Source: a virus. Taken from it: a stretch of 64,000 nucleotides of DNA. Position 1 is the stretch's first letter; every line of letters begins with the position of its first letter. Location of the stretch: IMG/VR virus record IMGVR_UViG_3300045988_162372. One strand, written 5' to 3'. The translations under genes were made by a program, and so were the position numbers. Of the stretch, positions 37,544 through 47,517 are shown one piece after another. The notes below the pieces were generated by a model. The model was not told where the DNA came from, did no database searches, and saw only the letters and a program-made list of their open reading frames with translations.

Positions 37544-37924
37544 TCAACTCTCATCTTCAACTCTGTGCCATATATGTTGATAATCCTTGCATACATACTT
37601 TCCTACCGTCAACCCTCCTTTCAAACAGAATTGATGTAGGATTTCTTCAATATTTAAAAGATTCTCATTGATATATTTATCCAACTCCACCATATAAAGC
37701 TGTGCCTCTTTTTCGTATAGAGTACCATTCTCCATATCTTCTTCTGTTCCTGGAACTGCCTTGTCTGTCAATCCCAAAATAAGTGCCATCTGTTCATATT
37801 TGTAAGTACCGCCATAGAGGTTGTCTTTCGCAATACCTACCGTTTCATCTGTCAATGCTTGTACATTCAGATTTCTAATTAGTTTCAAATGGTCTTCTGT
37901 TAAATTCACATATATTCTTGCCAT
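37544..37924 (-). CDS. hypothetical protein
   Basis: 126 aa ORF. Confidence 0.5.
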   Translation of the reverse strand: MARIYVNLTEDHLKLIRNLNVQALTDETVGIAKDNLYGGTYKYEQMALILGLTDKAVPGTEEDMENGTLYEKEAQLYMVELDKYINENLLNIEEILHQFCLKGGLTVGKYVCKDYQHIWHRVEDES

Positions 37925-37933
37925 AATTGTATC

Positions 37934-38812
37934 CTATTTAAATTTGTTTATTTTTATGTGCTGCATTTTTTCAATACTAATTTTTATAATCTGTCTTACC
38001 CGTTCCTTTGTAAGCCCAAACATATCAGCAATTGTTTCAGGTGTTCGTTCTTTATGTTCAATTCCAAAGAAGTATTTAACAACTTCCCTATCTCTTTCTG
38101 GAAGATGACTCAATAGGAATTTTATTAAACTGCTTTTACTATCCTCTTCAATATATTCCTCAACATTGTTGCTTGCAGTCTTATTTGCAAATTCCCCAAC
38201 TAATTCATAATCGACATCATCCTCAACAGATGTAGTGAGGGGTGAATCAATGGATTGAATGGTGTATTGCATTAAGTCTTCTTTATTCGGAATAGTAACA
38301 TTATATTCCTTTTCAAGAATTTCAACCAACTCTTCCTCTGTTGGATATCTATTATGTTCTCCAAAGAATTTCTCCCTGCCTTTATTTGCATATTGATATA
38401 CTTTTTGAGCATTTACGGGCTGTATGGTACGTTCTTTTTCTATAAGGTAATTGTTTATATATTTCCTTATCCAAAAAACAGCATACGTGATAAAACGTCC
38501 TTTAAAACTTAAATCGTAATTATCAATTGCAGTCATCAATCCGATATTTGCCTCATTTATCAAATCAAGCAAATTGTTCTGATTTGAAAAACGTCTTGCA
38601 ACAGAAGCGACAAATCTTTGGTTACACATTACCAATTTTTGCTTTGCTTTCTCCCTTTCCTTAGAAGAGTTACTGTTTCTTGCAATTTCTAATAACTTCT
38701 TTTCCTCATGTATGTTTAACAAAGGATAATCTCTTATATCATTAAAATATGCAAGGGTAACTTCATTTCTATTCCAATAATTGCTACTTTGGACTTTACA
38801 ATCTACTATCAT
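37934..38812 (-). CDS. sigma-70 family RNA polymerase sigma factor
   Basis: 292 aa. Region 2 (RFITYAVFWIRKYINNYL) and region 4.2 helix-turn-helix (TPETIADMFGLTKERVRQI). Confidence 0.8.
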   Translation of the reverse strand: MIVDCKVQSSNYWNRNEVTLAYFNDIRDYPLLNIHEEKKLLEIARNSNSSKEREKAKQKLVMCNQRFVASVARRFSNQNNLLDLINEANIGLMTAIDNYDLSFKGRFITYAVFWIRKYINNYLIEKERTIQPVNAQKVYQYANKGREKFFGEHNRYPTEEELVEILEKEYNVTIPNKEDLMQYTIQSIDSPLTTSVEDDVDYELVGEFANKTASNNVEEYIEEDSKSSLIKFLLSHLPERDREVVKYFFGIEHKERTPETIADMFGLTKERVRQIIKISIEKMQHIKINKFK

Positions 38813-39354
38813 TGTTTACGTTTCAAGATTACCATACTTCTGTTATTCTCATCACGTGGCATATTTTCTGGAATTGCCACATCTTCCATATATGTAATGA
38901 ACTTATACAAGCAAGTCTTTGATTCTTCACGTCTAGTAAGTTCCCTACCTTTCATAGTCAAAACAACTTTTACCTTATTCCCGTCCTTAATAAACTCTTT
39001 CGCCTTATTTACTTTAATAAGCAAATCATGTTCAGAGATATTGGTATTAAGCTGTACTTCTTTCAAGACTGATGTAACTTTCTTCTTAGCTTTCGCTTGT
39101 TTCTTCAACTCGTAAAGATATTTAGAATAATTTTCCATTTTTACAATTGCAGGTCTCGCTTTTCCATTGATTTCAATCAAATCAAGCTCATTCTTATCTG
39201 CAATTCGCTTTGCCTCTTCCAAAGAAACTACCTTATTAAATCCTTCCTCATTAATTGGACTGTAAATAAGTCTTACTATATCATACCCAGTAATATCTTC
39301 ATTGATACGAGGTTCATTAAAAGTCACATTCTTTTTTGAAAAATTGTTTGCCAT
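38809..39354 (-). CDS. infC: translation initiation factor IF-3
   Basis: 181 aa. INEDITGYDIVRLI..., LDLIEINGKARPAIVKMENYSKYLYE, then a Lys-rich linker and the C-domain VKVVLTMKGRE. Collinear with bacterial IF-3. Confidence 0.75.
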   Translation of the reverse strand: MANNFSKKNVTFNEPRINEDITGYDIVRLIYSPINEEGFNKVVSLEEAKRIADKNELDLIEINGKARPAIVKMENYSKYLYELKKQAKAKKKVTSVLKEVQLNTNISEHDLLIKVNKAKEFIKDGNKVKVVLTMKGRELTRREESKTCLYKFITYMEDVAIPENMPRDENNRSMVILKRKQ

Positions 39355-39403
39355 ATTGCTTTATTAGTAAGTTAAATAATAAAATTCAGTAATTTATAAA
39401 ATG

Positions 39404-39985
39404 TTATTTTTCTGAGAGATACATCTTCTTGAACATATCATCTTTCATACTCCACAATTTTTGATATTTCTCGTAATCTGTATCCTTAAGTCTAGTTATT
39501 TTTTCTTTTTGTAATTTTATTTCTTTCATTCTGTCCAATTGTACATAATCATAAACATCCAAGTCCATTCCTTTTGTACAATCTTCCATTATTCGTAAAA
39601 TTTTATCTTTATCCCCATTTCCGTCAAACAATGAATTACCTAAAACAGTTGTTGCAACTTTTTTACCCTTAAATTCGGCAGTAGCCGTCCTTAAACAATT
39701 CTCAAGAGCATCATAATCAAGAAATACTCGATTTTTGTTTGGATAATTACAGATATACATTAAAGAAATCGTAGGATTATCGTTCTCTTCAATCGTAAGC
39801 CTTGTACCCATCTTTCTAAAATCTCCGTATCCTGTTGTATCGTTTTTCTTGTCAATATATGGGTATTTCATTCTCATTTTTGATTGAAAACCGTTAGTAA
39901 GCATACAATATATGCTTGTACCGACTAAAATTACATCGTAATCATCAGTTTTCCATATCAAATCTTCATTTGTTATAATCTTCAT
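39404..39985 (-). CDS. hypothetical protein, possibly macro-domain-like
   Basis: 193 aa. YDVILVGTSIYCMLTNGFQSKMRMKYP weakly resembles macro-domain N-termini. Confidence 0.3.
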   Translation of the reverse strand: MKIITNEDLIWKTDDYDVILVGTSIYCMLTNGFQSKMRMKYPYIDKKNDTTGYGDFRKMGTRLTIEENDNPTISLMYICNYPNKNRVFLDYDALENCLRTATAEFKGKKVATTVLGNSLFDGNGDKDKILRIMEDCTKGMDLDVYDYVQLDRMKEIKLQKEKITRLKDTDYEKYQKLWSMKDDMFKKMYLSEK

Positions 39986-40418
39986 TTCTTTTCAATAATT
40001 TTTGATAAAAAATCAAATGAGTTTCATGTGTCCTACTCTCTAACTCTTTATATGTCATCCATCTATATCTATCAATTTCAGGGGTTTTACCATCTTCTGT
40101 AAAATTTGAATGACATTCGTTAGGGTCGATATTAGGGTATTCTAAACCAAAGGCAATTGCTGTCTTTCTTGGATTTTGAAGAACACTTCCAAGAGGTATT
40201 AAATAGCTACTTTGGCAATCTTTCATCGAAAGACCAGTTTCTTCTTTAAATTCTCTTATTGCGGCATCCACCCAATGTTCATCTCCTTCTGTACCACCCT
40301 TTAGAAACGCCCAATAATCAATGTTTTTCCATCTTTCGCCTCCTGGATGTCCTACAAAGAACTCCATCTCATTGTTTTTATTCACTCTAAAAGGAATGAT
40401 TCCTGCTGAATATTTCAT
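39966..40418 (-). CDS. NUDIX hydrolase
   Basis: 150 aa with NUDIX box GGTEGDEHWVDAAIREFKEETGL. Confidence 0.8.
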   Translation of the reverse strand: MKYSAGIIPFRVNKNNEMEFFVGHPGGERWKNIDYWAFLKGGTEGDEHWVDAAIREFKEETGLSMKDCQSSYLIPLGSVLQNPRKTAIAFGLEYPNIDPNECHSNFTEDGKTPEIDRYRWMTYKELESRTHETHLIFYQKLLKRNEDYNK

Positions 40419-40425
40419 ATATTAT

Positions 40426-41547
40426 TTATTTAAAATTTGACGATTTTTTAAGTTCATAAATCTTATTCAGTTCATCGGATGATATTGTTCTTGGCATCTT
40501 CTGTCTGATATAAATGTGTAAATCTCCATATGTTCCATTTGTTTTTGGCATACCAAGTCCTTTTAATATATAGACATTTCCGTCTGTTGTTCCTTTATTG
40601 ATATCAAATTTGTGCATTTTGCCATCAATGCCCTTAACGGATTGCTTCTCTCCTATAATACAGTCTAATACTGGTACATCAATAAGCGTAACCAAATCAT
40701 ACTGATTATTAGGATCAATATCAAAATCTTTATGTTTTGCAATTTTGAATATTATTATAAGGTTTCCGATATCACCATCAGCACGTTCACAATAATTACC
40801 GCCACCTACTAATGGCATATATGCCCCATCACAACATCCTGATGGAATTTGAATATTCTTTGTAACTGTTTTCCTCTCTAAACCAGTTCCATGACAATAA
40901 CTACAAGCATTCACAATATACTCTCCCGTGCCATGACAAGTAGGACAAGTCGTTGTTTGCTGCATTACAGCAAAACCTGTACGAGAAGTCTTTATAATAT
41001 ATCCTTTTCCTTGACAAGTAGGACAAGTTTCCACTCTTCCGTTCTTTCCTAAACCACTTCCATGACAGTGTGAACAAGGTTCGTTTCTTTCGTAAGAAAA
41101 TTTTTTTGTTGCATGATTATATATTTCTTCAAGTGTAACTGTTAAATTTAGTTTAATATCCTTCCCCTTACGCTTCTCATATTTGAAATTTGCCCCATCG
41201 TCAAACGGATTGAACGGATTAAACCCAAAACCTTTGAAAAAATTATCAAAATCCATTGTACTGAAACCACTAAATCCACTATCAAAGGTTGCATTTTCAT
41301 CACCAAACTTATCGTACTTTTCCTTTTTCTCCTTATCCGAAAGGACTCCATAAGCTTCGGCAATTTCTTTGAATTTTTCCTCGGCTTCTTTTTTTTCTTT
41401 CTCAGATTTACCTGCATAACGATCTGGGTGGAATTTAAGGGCTAATTTTTTCCACTTCTTTTTAAGTAAAGAATCGAAATCTTTTCCTTTAAGTTTCTTT
41501 TCTTCATCTGTTATACCTAATATTTTATAATAGTCTTTCTTTGCCAT
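40426..41547 (-). CDS. dnaJ: DnaJ (Hsp40) co-chaperone
   Basis: 373 aa. J-domain (DYYKILGI...HPD) and four CxxCxGxG zinc-finger repeats. Confidence 0.9.
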   Translation of the reverse strand: MAKKDYYKILGITDEEKKLKGKDFDSLLKKKWKKLALKFHPDRYAGKSEKEKKEAEEKFKEIAEAYGVLSDKEKKEKYDKFGDENATFDSGFSGFSTMDFDNFFKGFGFNPFNPFDDGANFKYEKRKGKDIKLNLTVTLEEIYNHATKKFSYERNEPCSHCHGSGLGKNGRVETCPTCQGKGYIIKTSRTGFAVMQQTTTCPTCHGTGEYIVNACSYCHGTGLERKTVTKNIQIPSGCCDGAYMPLVGGGNYCERADGDIGNLIIIFKIAKHKDFDIDPNNQYDLVTLIDVPVLDCIIGEKQSVKGIDGKMHKFDINKGTTDGNVYILKGLGMPKTNGTYGDLHIYIRQKMPRTISSDELNKIYELKKSSNFK

Positions 41548-41568
41548 ATTCTTTACTTTTCAACGCTG

Positions 41569-41576
41569 CAAATTTA
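41569..41576 (-). promoter_or_regulatory. Bacteroidetes -7 promoter box
   Basis: caaattta (TAAATTTG on the - strand), 22 nt upstream of the dnaJ start. Confidence 0.45.
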
Positions 41577-41609
41577 TAGTTTTTATCTGTATTGCCAAAA
41601 TTATTATAG

Positions 41610-42752
41610 TTAATTATTATTAATATCTTTCATTGTTTCGTCGATACTATGATATACTTTTTCCCCGATAAAAAAATCATATTCTTTTAAGTTTGTAAAA
41701 TAAAGTAATTTAATATGATTCTTTCTACATAATTCTAATTTTGTAATATCTCTTTTATATAAATTATTTGTATGTCCTTTATCAAAGAATTTAACATATT
41801 TAAAATGCTGTACCCCTTGACATTCAATAGCTATATTATACTCTGGCAGATAAAAATCTAAACTAAGTTGACTTCTTCCTTGTTTCAAAAAAGAAGGCCT
41901 ATATTGATAATCATAGGCAATATTATTATCAGTTAAATAATTCATCCATTCTTTTTCCATTTTTGATAATTTACATTTAGGACAACCCTTGCCTTGTATG
42001 TGGTCATAAGCAATTTGTTCAAATTCACCATGAATAGGGCAAATAATCTTGACTTTATTATAATATCCGTTATATTGTGTTAATGAATAGTCATATCTAT
42101 TATGGTGAACTGCTCTTGCTTTTGTTATCCAATCCTCATTTGATGTCATTAATTTTTTATAGCTTTCTTCTTTTCTGCATTCAGGACATCCATAACCATT
42201 TAATGCTTTATATGCTAAAACTTCAATTTCTCCATGTATAGGACATATTAATTTTATTTTTTTCTTACTATTGATATAATTTACTTTGGAATAATCATAT
42301 TTGTTACCATATATCTCTTTTAATTTTTCTTTTACTTCTTCATTTGAAAATGAATTTTTACAATGAACAATATGGCTTGCACATTTTTTACAACCATACC
42401 CTAGTAAATGAGAACATGCTTTTTGCCAAAACTCACCATGAATAGGACAAATAATGCAAATTTTATCTGTTATTTTATCAAAATTTACTTTTGAATAATC
42501 GTATTTATCACCATGTTTTTCTCTTGCTCTCTTAATAAAATCTTGATATGTGATTTTTCTTCCATCAACAGAACATTTATGACAGCCGCATCCTTGTAAA
42601 TGGGAATGTGGCAAAACCCAAAATTCTCCATGAATAGGACAAATAATGCAAACTTTTGTTTTACTATTGATATAATTTACTTTGGAATAATCATACTTAT
42701 CGCCATGTATTTCTTTAGCTTTTTTAATAAAAATATCAGTATTCAGTCTCAT
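41610..42752 (-). CDS. homing-endonuclease-like protein: four Zn-ribbon repeats plus a C-terminal Vsr/PD-(D/E)xK-like nuclease
   Basis: 380 aa. Four repeats of GDKYDYSKVN...ICPIHGEF...GxGCxKC, then LSLDFYLPEYNIAIECQGVQHF. More AT-rich than the flanking dnaK and dnaJ. Confidence 0.55.
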   Translation of the reverse strand: MRLNTDIFIKKAKEIHGDKYDYSKVNYINSKTKVCIICPIHGEFWVLPHSHLQGCGCHKCSVDGRKITYQDFIKRAREKHGDKYDYSKVNFDKITDKICIICPIHGEFWQKACSHLLGYGCKKCASHIVHCKNSFSNEEVKEKLKEIYGNKYDYSKVNYINSKKKIKLICPIHGEIEVLAYKALNGYGCPECRKEESYKKLMTSNEDWITKARAVHHNRYDYSLTQYNGYYNKVKIICPIHGEFEQIAYDHIQGKGCPKCKLSKMEKEWMNYLTDNNIAYDYQYRPSFLKQGRSQLSLDFYLPEYNIAIECQGVQHFKYVKFFDKGHTNNLYKRDITKLELCRKNHIKLLYFTNLKEYDFFIGEKVYHSIDETMKDINNN

Positions 42753-42834
42753 AATTCTAATATATTATATATAATAAATATATAATAATTTCAAAAAACT
42801 TGATACTTGAATACTGATATATTAAAATTAACTT

Positions 42835-44766
42835 TTATTTTGCATCTTGAACTTCTGCATCGCTATCATCTGTGGGATTACTCGTATTTGCTGATGTGTG
42901 ATCGCTCGTATTTGAAGCAAAATTTCCAAATATGTCATTAAACGGATTACTTTCACCCGTTTGTTGAGAATTGTTTCCATAAGCCTTAGATGTAATTCCA
43001 TACCACCTATTATTTATATCATTCTCAACATTGGAAAGATTGTTATAATCTGAATTTTTCTTCATATTATTCAGCTCTTCAACCTTTCCGTTAAAGAAAT
43101 CCTTATCCTCTTGTGAAAGTTTGCTATCATATTCTTTCATGCTGTTTTCAGTCTGATAAATCAAACTCTCACAGCGATTTTGTTTATCGGCTTGTTCCTT
43201 GATTTTCTTATCCTCTACCTCATGTTCTTTTGCTTCTTGCTTAATACGCTCGATTTCTTCTTGAGACAAAGAATTATTGTTTTCAATGGTAATATGCTGT
43301 TCCTTACCAGTTGCCTTATCAGTTGCAGAAACAGTCAAAATTCCGTCTGCATTTAAATCAAATTTCACAACAACCTGCGGAACGCCTCTACGTGCTGGCA
43401 TAATACCATCTAAACTAAATATACCTAATGATTTATTATCCTTTGCCATTGTTCTTTCACCCTGTAAGACGTGAATTTGCACACTAGTTTGATTATCCGC
43501 TGCTGTTGTGAAGACTTGTTCTTTTGTGCAAGGAATAGTTGTATTAGCTTCAACCAATGTGGTCATTACGCCACCCATAGTTTCAATACCTAATGTTAAT
43601 GGTGTTACATCAAGTAATAAAATGTCAGAAGCATTCGAACCACCTACGATTGTATTAGCCTGGATTGCAGCACCTTCCGCAACTGCCAGATCAAGATTTG
43701 CACTCTTAATAAGTTTTGTACCAAATTCACTTGTTAGTCTCTCTTGTACATAAGGAATACGGCAAGAACCGCCTACCAAAAGAATGCCATCCAAATCACT
43801 TGCATTGATATTTGCTTTCTTCAAAGCTTCCTTACCACAATTGATAACCTTATCTACATACGGGGCAATCATTTGTTCAAACTTAGCTTTTGTAAGAGTT
43901 GCGGTAAGATGGAATGGGGTATTGTCTTTTACACCAATATAAGGAATGTTAATCTCCGCAGAAGGTGAACTACTTAATTCAATTTTAGCTTTTTCAGCAG
44001 CTTCAATTACACGACTCATGGCTTGGCTATCATTGGTAATGTCTACACCATTTTGTTCTTTACAAACATCAACAAGCCACTGTGCTACTATTTTATCCAG
44101 ATCACTACCACCAAGATATACATCTCCATAAGAAGAAAGTATTTCAACTACTCCATCTGAAATATCAGCAACTGAATTATCAAGCGTAGAACCACCATAG
44201 TCAACTACCATATATTTTCCACCCTTTTTCATATCAATATTAGATGCAAGTAGTGCGGCTGTCGGTTCTGCAATAATTCTCAATACATTTAATCCTGCCA
44301 ATTCACCTGCTTGTTTTGTTGCTTGTCGTTGAGCGTCATTAAAGAATGCAGGAACTGTGATTACAGCGTCAGTAATAGTTTCTCCTGTATAATCCTCTGC
44401 AATTTTTTTCATTTTCTGAAGAATCATAGAAGAGAGTTCTTCTGGTGAATATTCTCTACCTTCAATTGATACACGAGGTACGCCATTTCTATTAACTACA
44501 TCATATTGTACATGCTTGATGTGTTCTTTGATTTCATCATAAGTTCCACCCATAAAACGCTTAATCAATACAACCGTTTCTTTGGGATTTACTACTTTTT
44601 GCCTGTTCGCAGCAGCACCTACTTTACGTTCACCATTCTTAATCATAATCACTGATGGTGTTGTTCTACTACCTTCTTCATTTACGACTACGACTGACTT
44701 GCCATTCTCAATAATGGCGACTTCTGACAGGGTACTACCCAAATCAATTCCTATAGCTTTAGACAT
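42835..44766 (-). CDS. dnaK: DnaK (Hsp70) chaperone
   Basis: 643 aa with IGIDLGST, DYGGSTLD and VLLVGGSCRIP motifs. Full-length Hsp70. Confidence 0.95.
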   Translation of the reverse strand: MSKAIGIDLGSTLSEVAIIENGKSVVVVNEEGSRTTPSVIMIKNGERKVGAAANRQKVVNPKETVVLIKRFMGGTYDEIKEHIKHVQYDVVNRNGVPRVSIEGREYSPEELSSMILQKMKKIAEDYTGETITDAVITVPAFFNDAQRQATKQAGELAGLNVLRIIAEPTAALLASNIDMKKGGKYMVVDYGGSTLDNSVADISDGVVEILSSYGDVYLGGSDLDKIVAQWLVDVCKEQNGVDITNDSQAMSRVIEAAEKAKIELSSSPSAEINIPYIGVKDNTPFHLTATLTKAKFEQMIAPYVDKVINCGKEALKKANINASDLDGILLVGGSCRIPYVQERLTSEFGTKLIKSANLDLAVAEGAAIQANTIVGGSNASDILLLDVTPLTLGIETMGGVMTTLVEANTTIPCTKEQVFTTAADNQTSVQIHVLQGERTMAKDNKSLGIFSLDGIMPARRGVPQVVVKFDLNADGILTVSATDKATGKEQHITIENNNSLSQEEIERIKQEAKEHEVEDKKIKEQADKQNRCESLIYQTENSMKEYDSKLSQEDKDFFNGKVEELNNMKKNSDYNNLSNVENDINNRWYGITSKAYGNNSQQTGESNPFNDIFGNFASNTSDHTSANTSNPTDDSDAEVQDAK

Positions 44767-44880
44767 ATTTTAATTTCTTTAATTTATACTTTATTATTAA
44801 TAATTTATATGAAAATTTTTATAAGAAAGAGAAAGGAACTAAGTTTTGTCTTAATTCCATTCCTCTTATTTCTTTTTTTT

Positions 44881-45282
44881 TTATTTAACAATACTTGTAA
44901 TTGCTTCAAGTTTGTTCTTATATTGCATTACACTATCTTGCAATTGTTTATTTGTTTCACTAAGTTTCTTCACACTTGCCTCAAGCTCTTCAATACGCTT
45001 CTTATAGTCAGTTTCGTTTTTATCGCATCCACACTTGCAAGTGTCGTTTGATTTATCAGAAAACTCTTTTCTCTCATCAAAACCTTCGTTCTTTACACAC
45101 TTACCATTCTTGTATTCCTTGTCACTGTGTGTAACGTGCTTGCCATTTTCGTATTCATCGTAAACACTTCTGAAATAGGTTTCATTTTCTTTCTTATCTT
45201 CATTATCAGAAGATTTTCTGCTCTCACTTACTTCGCTTATTACGTCCATAAAGACATTCAAAAGTTCTTCAAATTTAGTCAT
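44881..45282 (-). CDS. hypothetical coiled-coil protein
   Basis: 133 aa. Not recognisably GrpE. Confidence 0.5.
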   Translation of the reverse strand: MTKFEELLNVFMDVISEVSESRKSSDNEDKKENETYFRSVYDEYENGKHVTHSDKEYKNGKCVKNEGFDERKEFSDKSNDTCKCGCDKNETDYKKRIEELEASVKKLSETNKQLQDSVMQYKNKLEAITSIVK

Positions 45283-45370
45283 ATCTTTATTCTTTTTATC
45301 AAGTTTATAATTTAACTTTCACTATCTATATATACAACAGTCGTGCCAAACTTATTAAACTGACAAAATG

Positions 45371-47491
45371 TCAGAATTTAGAAACAATATCTTTATAATA
45401 AGATTCTTCATTGTCAATATTCCCTCTTGTCTTCTCACTTACCAAATTATAGAATTCCTCCATCTTCGTTTTTGGCAGTACAGAGTTTTCCGAAAGATAT
45501 TTTGCTGATGCTTTCAACATTTTCAACCATTCATAACTTTTGAATGTTGAACGTACTTCATTCCAACATTTATCAATGGTTTGTTTAATTTCTTTATCAA
45601 TATCATCTTGATTAGTTGGTTTAAATATACTTCCACAATCTGTTGATTTTACATCATTAAGATAAGTGGTAACAAGTGAGCTATTACCTAAAAGATAATC
45701 TCTTACATAACGTGAAGCTAATGTAGTTGCCTTACGCAAATCACTAGAAGCACCAGTTGTCAAGTGTTCCCGTCCAAATATGACTTCTTCTGCAACATAT
45801 CCGCCCAATGATACTTTAATCATATCAAGTATTTCTTTTGCAGATTGAGGTCTGTCATTTGGTTTTATTTCAGGCATCATAAATCCACCCGAATTAACGT
45901 CAGTAGTTACTGAACGAACAGATTTAGGCATCTTATGAAACAGTTTTGCATACATTACAAAATGTCCAGATTCATGAACTGCAACTAATGCTTGTGTATC
46001 ATCTTTCTTGCTCTCACGCAAAATTTCAACCCTTAGTTTTTCCTTGAATTTATATCTTCCTACCTTTGTATCATCCTTATACACTTCAGCATAAGTATAT
46101 CCTCTTGAATGGGAATATTTAATAGTGTCAATTGTCTGACCTTCTTTGTAAGCTTTCTCAATAACAAAAGGTAATTTACTTCTTACTATTTCCTGAACTG
46201 TTGAAAATACAGGACGTGTACCATGTGTAGGAAATACACCTTCTTTATACAAGATATTGTTGATACTCTTATCGAAAACAAGTTTGTAACCAGTTTCCCT
46301 TAATGTAACATCAGCATATTTATCCAACTGCAATTGAATAATCTTCTTAAAGGTTTCAGAAGAAAAAGAAGGATAAATCACGTGTATATTCCCCAAACGT
46401 GCAATTTGTTCATTTCTGAAACGTCTTTTCAATGCTTCCTTAATATCTACAATTGTTAACTTTTTAGTCATTTCGTGAAATTGGTCAGGTGACATATCTG
46501 GATTTACATCAAAACTGATACGGTATGCTTCATCCAAATTTGCAATCACAAAGATAACTGAATCTTTGAAATTAAGTGTATAACCTTTCTGATAATATTC
46601 AGAACATTCATTAACCAACATGAATATTTCATCAATATTCATTGTCTTAATCATATTATGGAAATCTATTTTATCAATTTGTTTTCTCGTTCTATCATAA
46701 TACTCATAAATCCTTTCAAGATAATGATCTCTAATAAACATTTCATTACTCGAATTAATACTATCAGCAATTAAAACTGGTCTATCATAACCACAATCAC
46801 CTTCAATATATTCGCCTCCTTTTGGGTTTTTTTCTTCCTTCAGATGAAAATTAAAAAAATTTCCAAATGTTTTCTTTTCATATTCACCAAATCCTTTCAG
46901 ACATTCATCGGCATTTACCCATACTCCATTTTTTAATTGAATAGGTGTCTGTCTGTTGATAATCTCCATATATCTCATAAGACGAAGCATGGAACGTACA
47001 TTGCCATAATTATGCTTCTTCTCAAGAATACCAGTATCTAACAATTCCCAAAATGTTTTCAAACCACTTTTCTTATCCTTTTCGCATCCTGTTTCATCTA
47101 ATGTTGCTGCATATTGGAATTCATCGTAAATGAACATGCGATTTGAACGTTCGCTTGAAAGTTGCTCTTCGATAGTATCTTCGATTTCCCATGCATTCAT
47201 TTCGTCTATCTGTGCGAAGTTAAAATAAACGTAATCTCTTTCGATTTGCAAAAGTTCTGAAATACGTTTAACTAATTGTGTCTTTCCGCAGCCACTCATT
47301 CCAAACAGATTGATAATCATAGGACGTTCCTGCAATTCAGGAAACAAAAACCATGTTCTCAAATTATCCATAACTGTATCAATTTGATAGTCAATACCAA
47401 CAAATTCTTTTTTCAACTGTACAATGGCATCATTAATCAATTGATTTTTAGCGTTAACTTTCTCAATGTCAATCTTAATATTATTTTCCAT
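45371..47491 (-). CDS. soluble AAA+ ATPase / M41 (FtsH-like) zinc metalloprotease fusion
   Basis: 706 aa. Walker A GMSGCGKTQ, HESGH zinc motif and FtsH-like GGYVAEEVIFG...TTGASSDL. No N-terminal transmembrane segments. Confidence 0.7.
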   Translation of the reverse strand: MENNIKIDIEKVNAKNQLINDAIVQLKKEFVGIDYQIDTVMDNLRTWFLFPELQERPMIINLFGMSGCGKTQLVKRISELLQIERDYVYFNFAQIDEMNAWEIEDTIEEQLSSERSNRMFIYDEFQYAATLDETGCEKDKKSGLKTFWELLDTGILEKKHNYGNVRSMLRLMRYMEIINRQTPIQLKNGVWVNADECLKGFGEYEKKTFGNFFNFHLKEEKNPKGGEYIEGDCGYDRPVLIADSINSSNEMFIRDHYLERIYEYYDRTRKQIDKIDFHNMIKTMNIDEIFMLVNECSEYYQKGYTLNFKDSVIFVIANLDEAYRISFDVNPDMSPDQFHEMTKKLTIVDIKEALKRRFRNEQIARLGNIHVIYPSFSSETFKKIIQLQLDKYADVTLRETGYKLVFDKSINNILYKEGVFPTHGTRPVFSTVQEIVRSKLPFVIEKAYKEGQTIDTIKYSHSRGYTYAEVYKDDTKVGRYKFKEKLRVEILRESKKDDTQALVAVHESGHFVMYAKLFHKMPKSVRSVTTDVNSGGFMMPEIKPNDRPQSAKEILDMIKVSLGGYVAEEVIFGREHLTTGASSDLRKATTLASRYVRDYLLGNSSLVTTYLNDVKSTDCGSIFKPTNQDDIDKEIKQTIDKCWNEVRSTFKSYEWLKMLKASAKYLSENSVLPKTKMEEFYNLVSEKTRGNIDNEESYYKDIVSKF

Positions 47492-47517
47492 ATATCTAAT
47501 AAAATACTTTTACTTTT

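Noticed and set aside
2063-44131. Numerous + strand ORFs antisense to long minus-strand genes (for example 2063-2350, 9363-9572, 13078-13293, 18444-18978, 25533-26063, 43277-44131, 59569-60872)
   Set aside because: These are shadow ORFs inside better-supported genes with recognisable domains. They have low-complexity composition and no promoter boxes.
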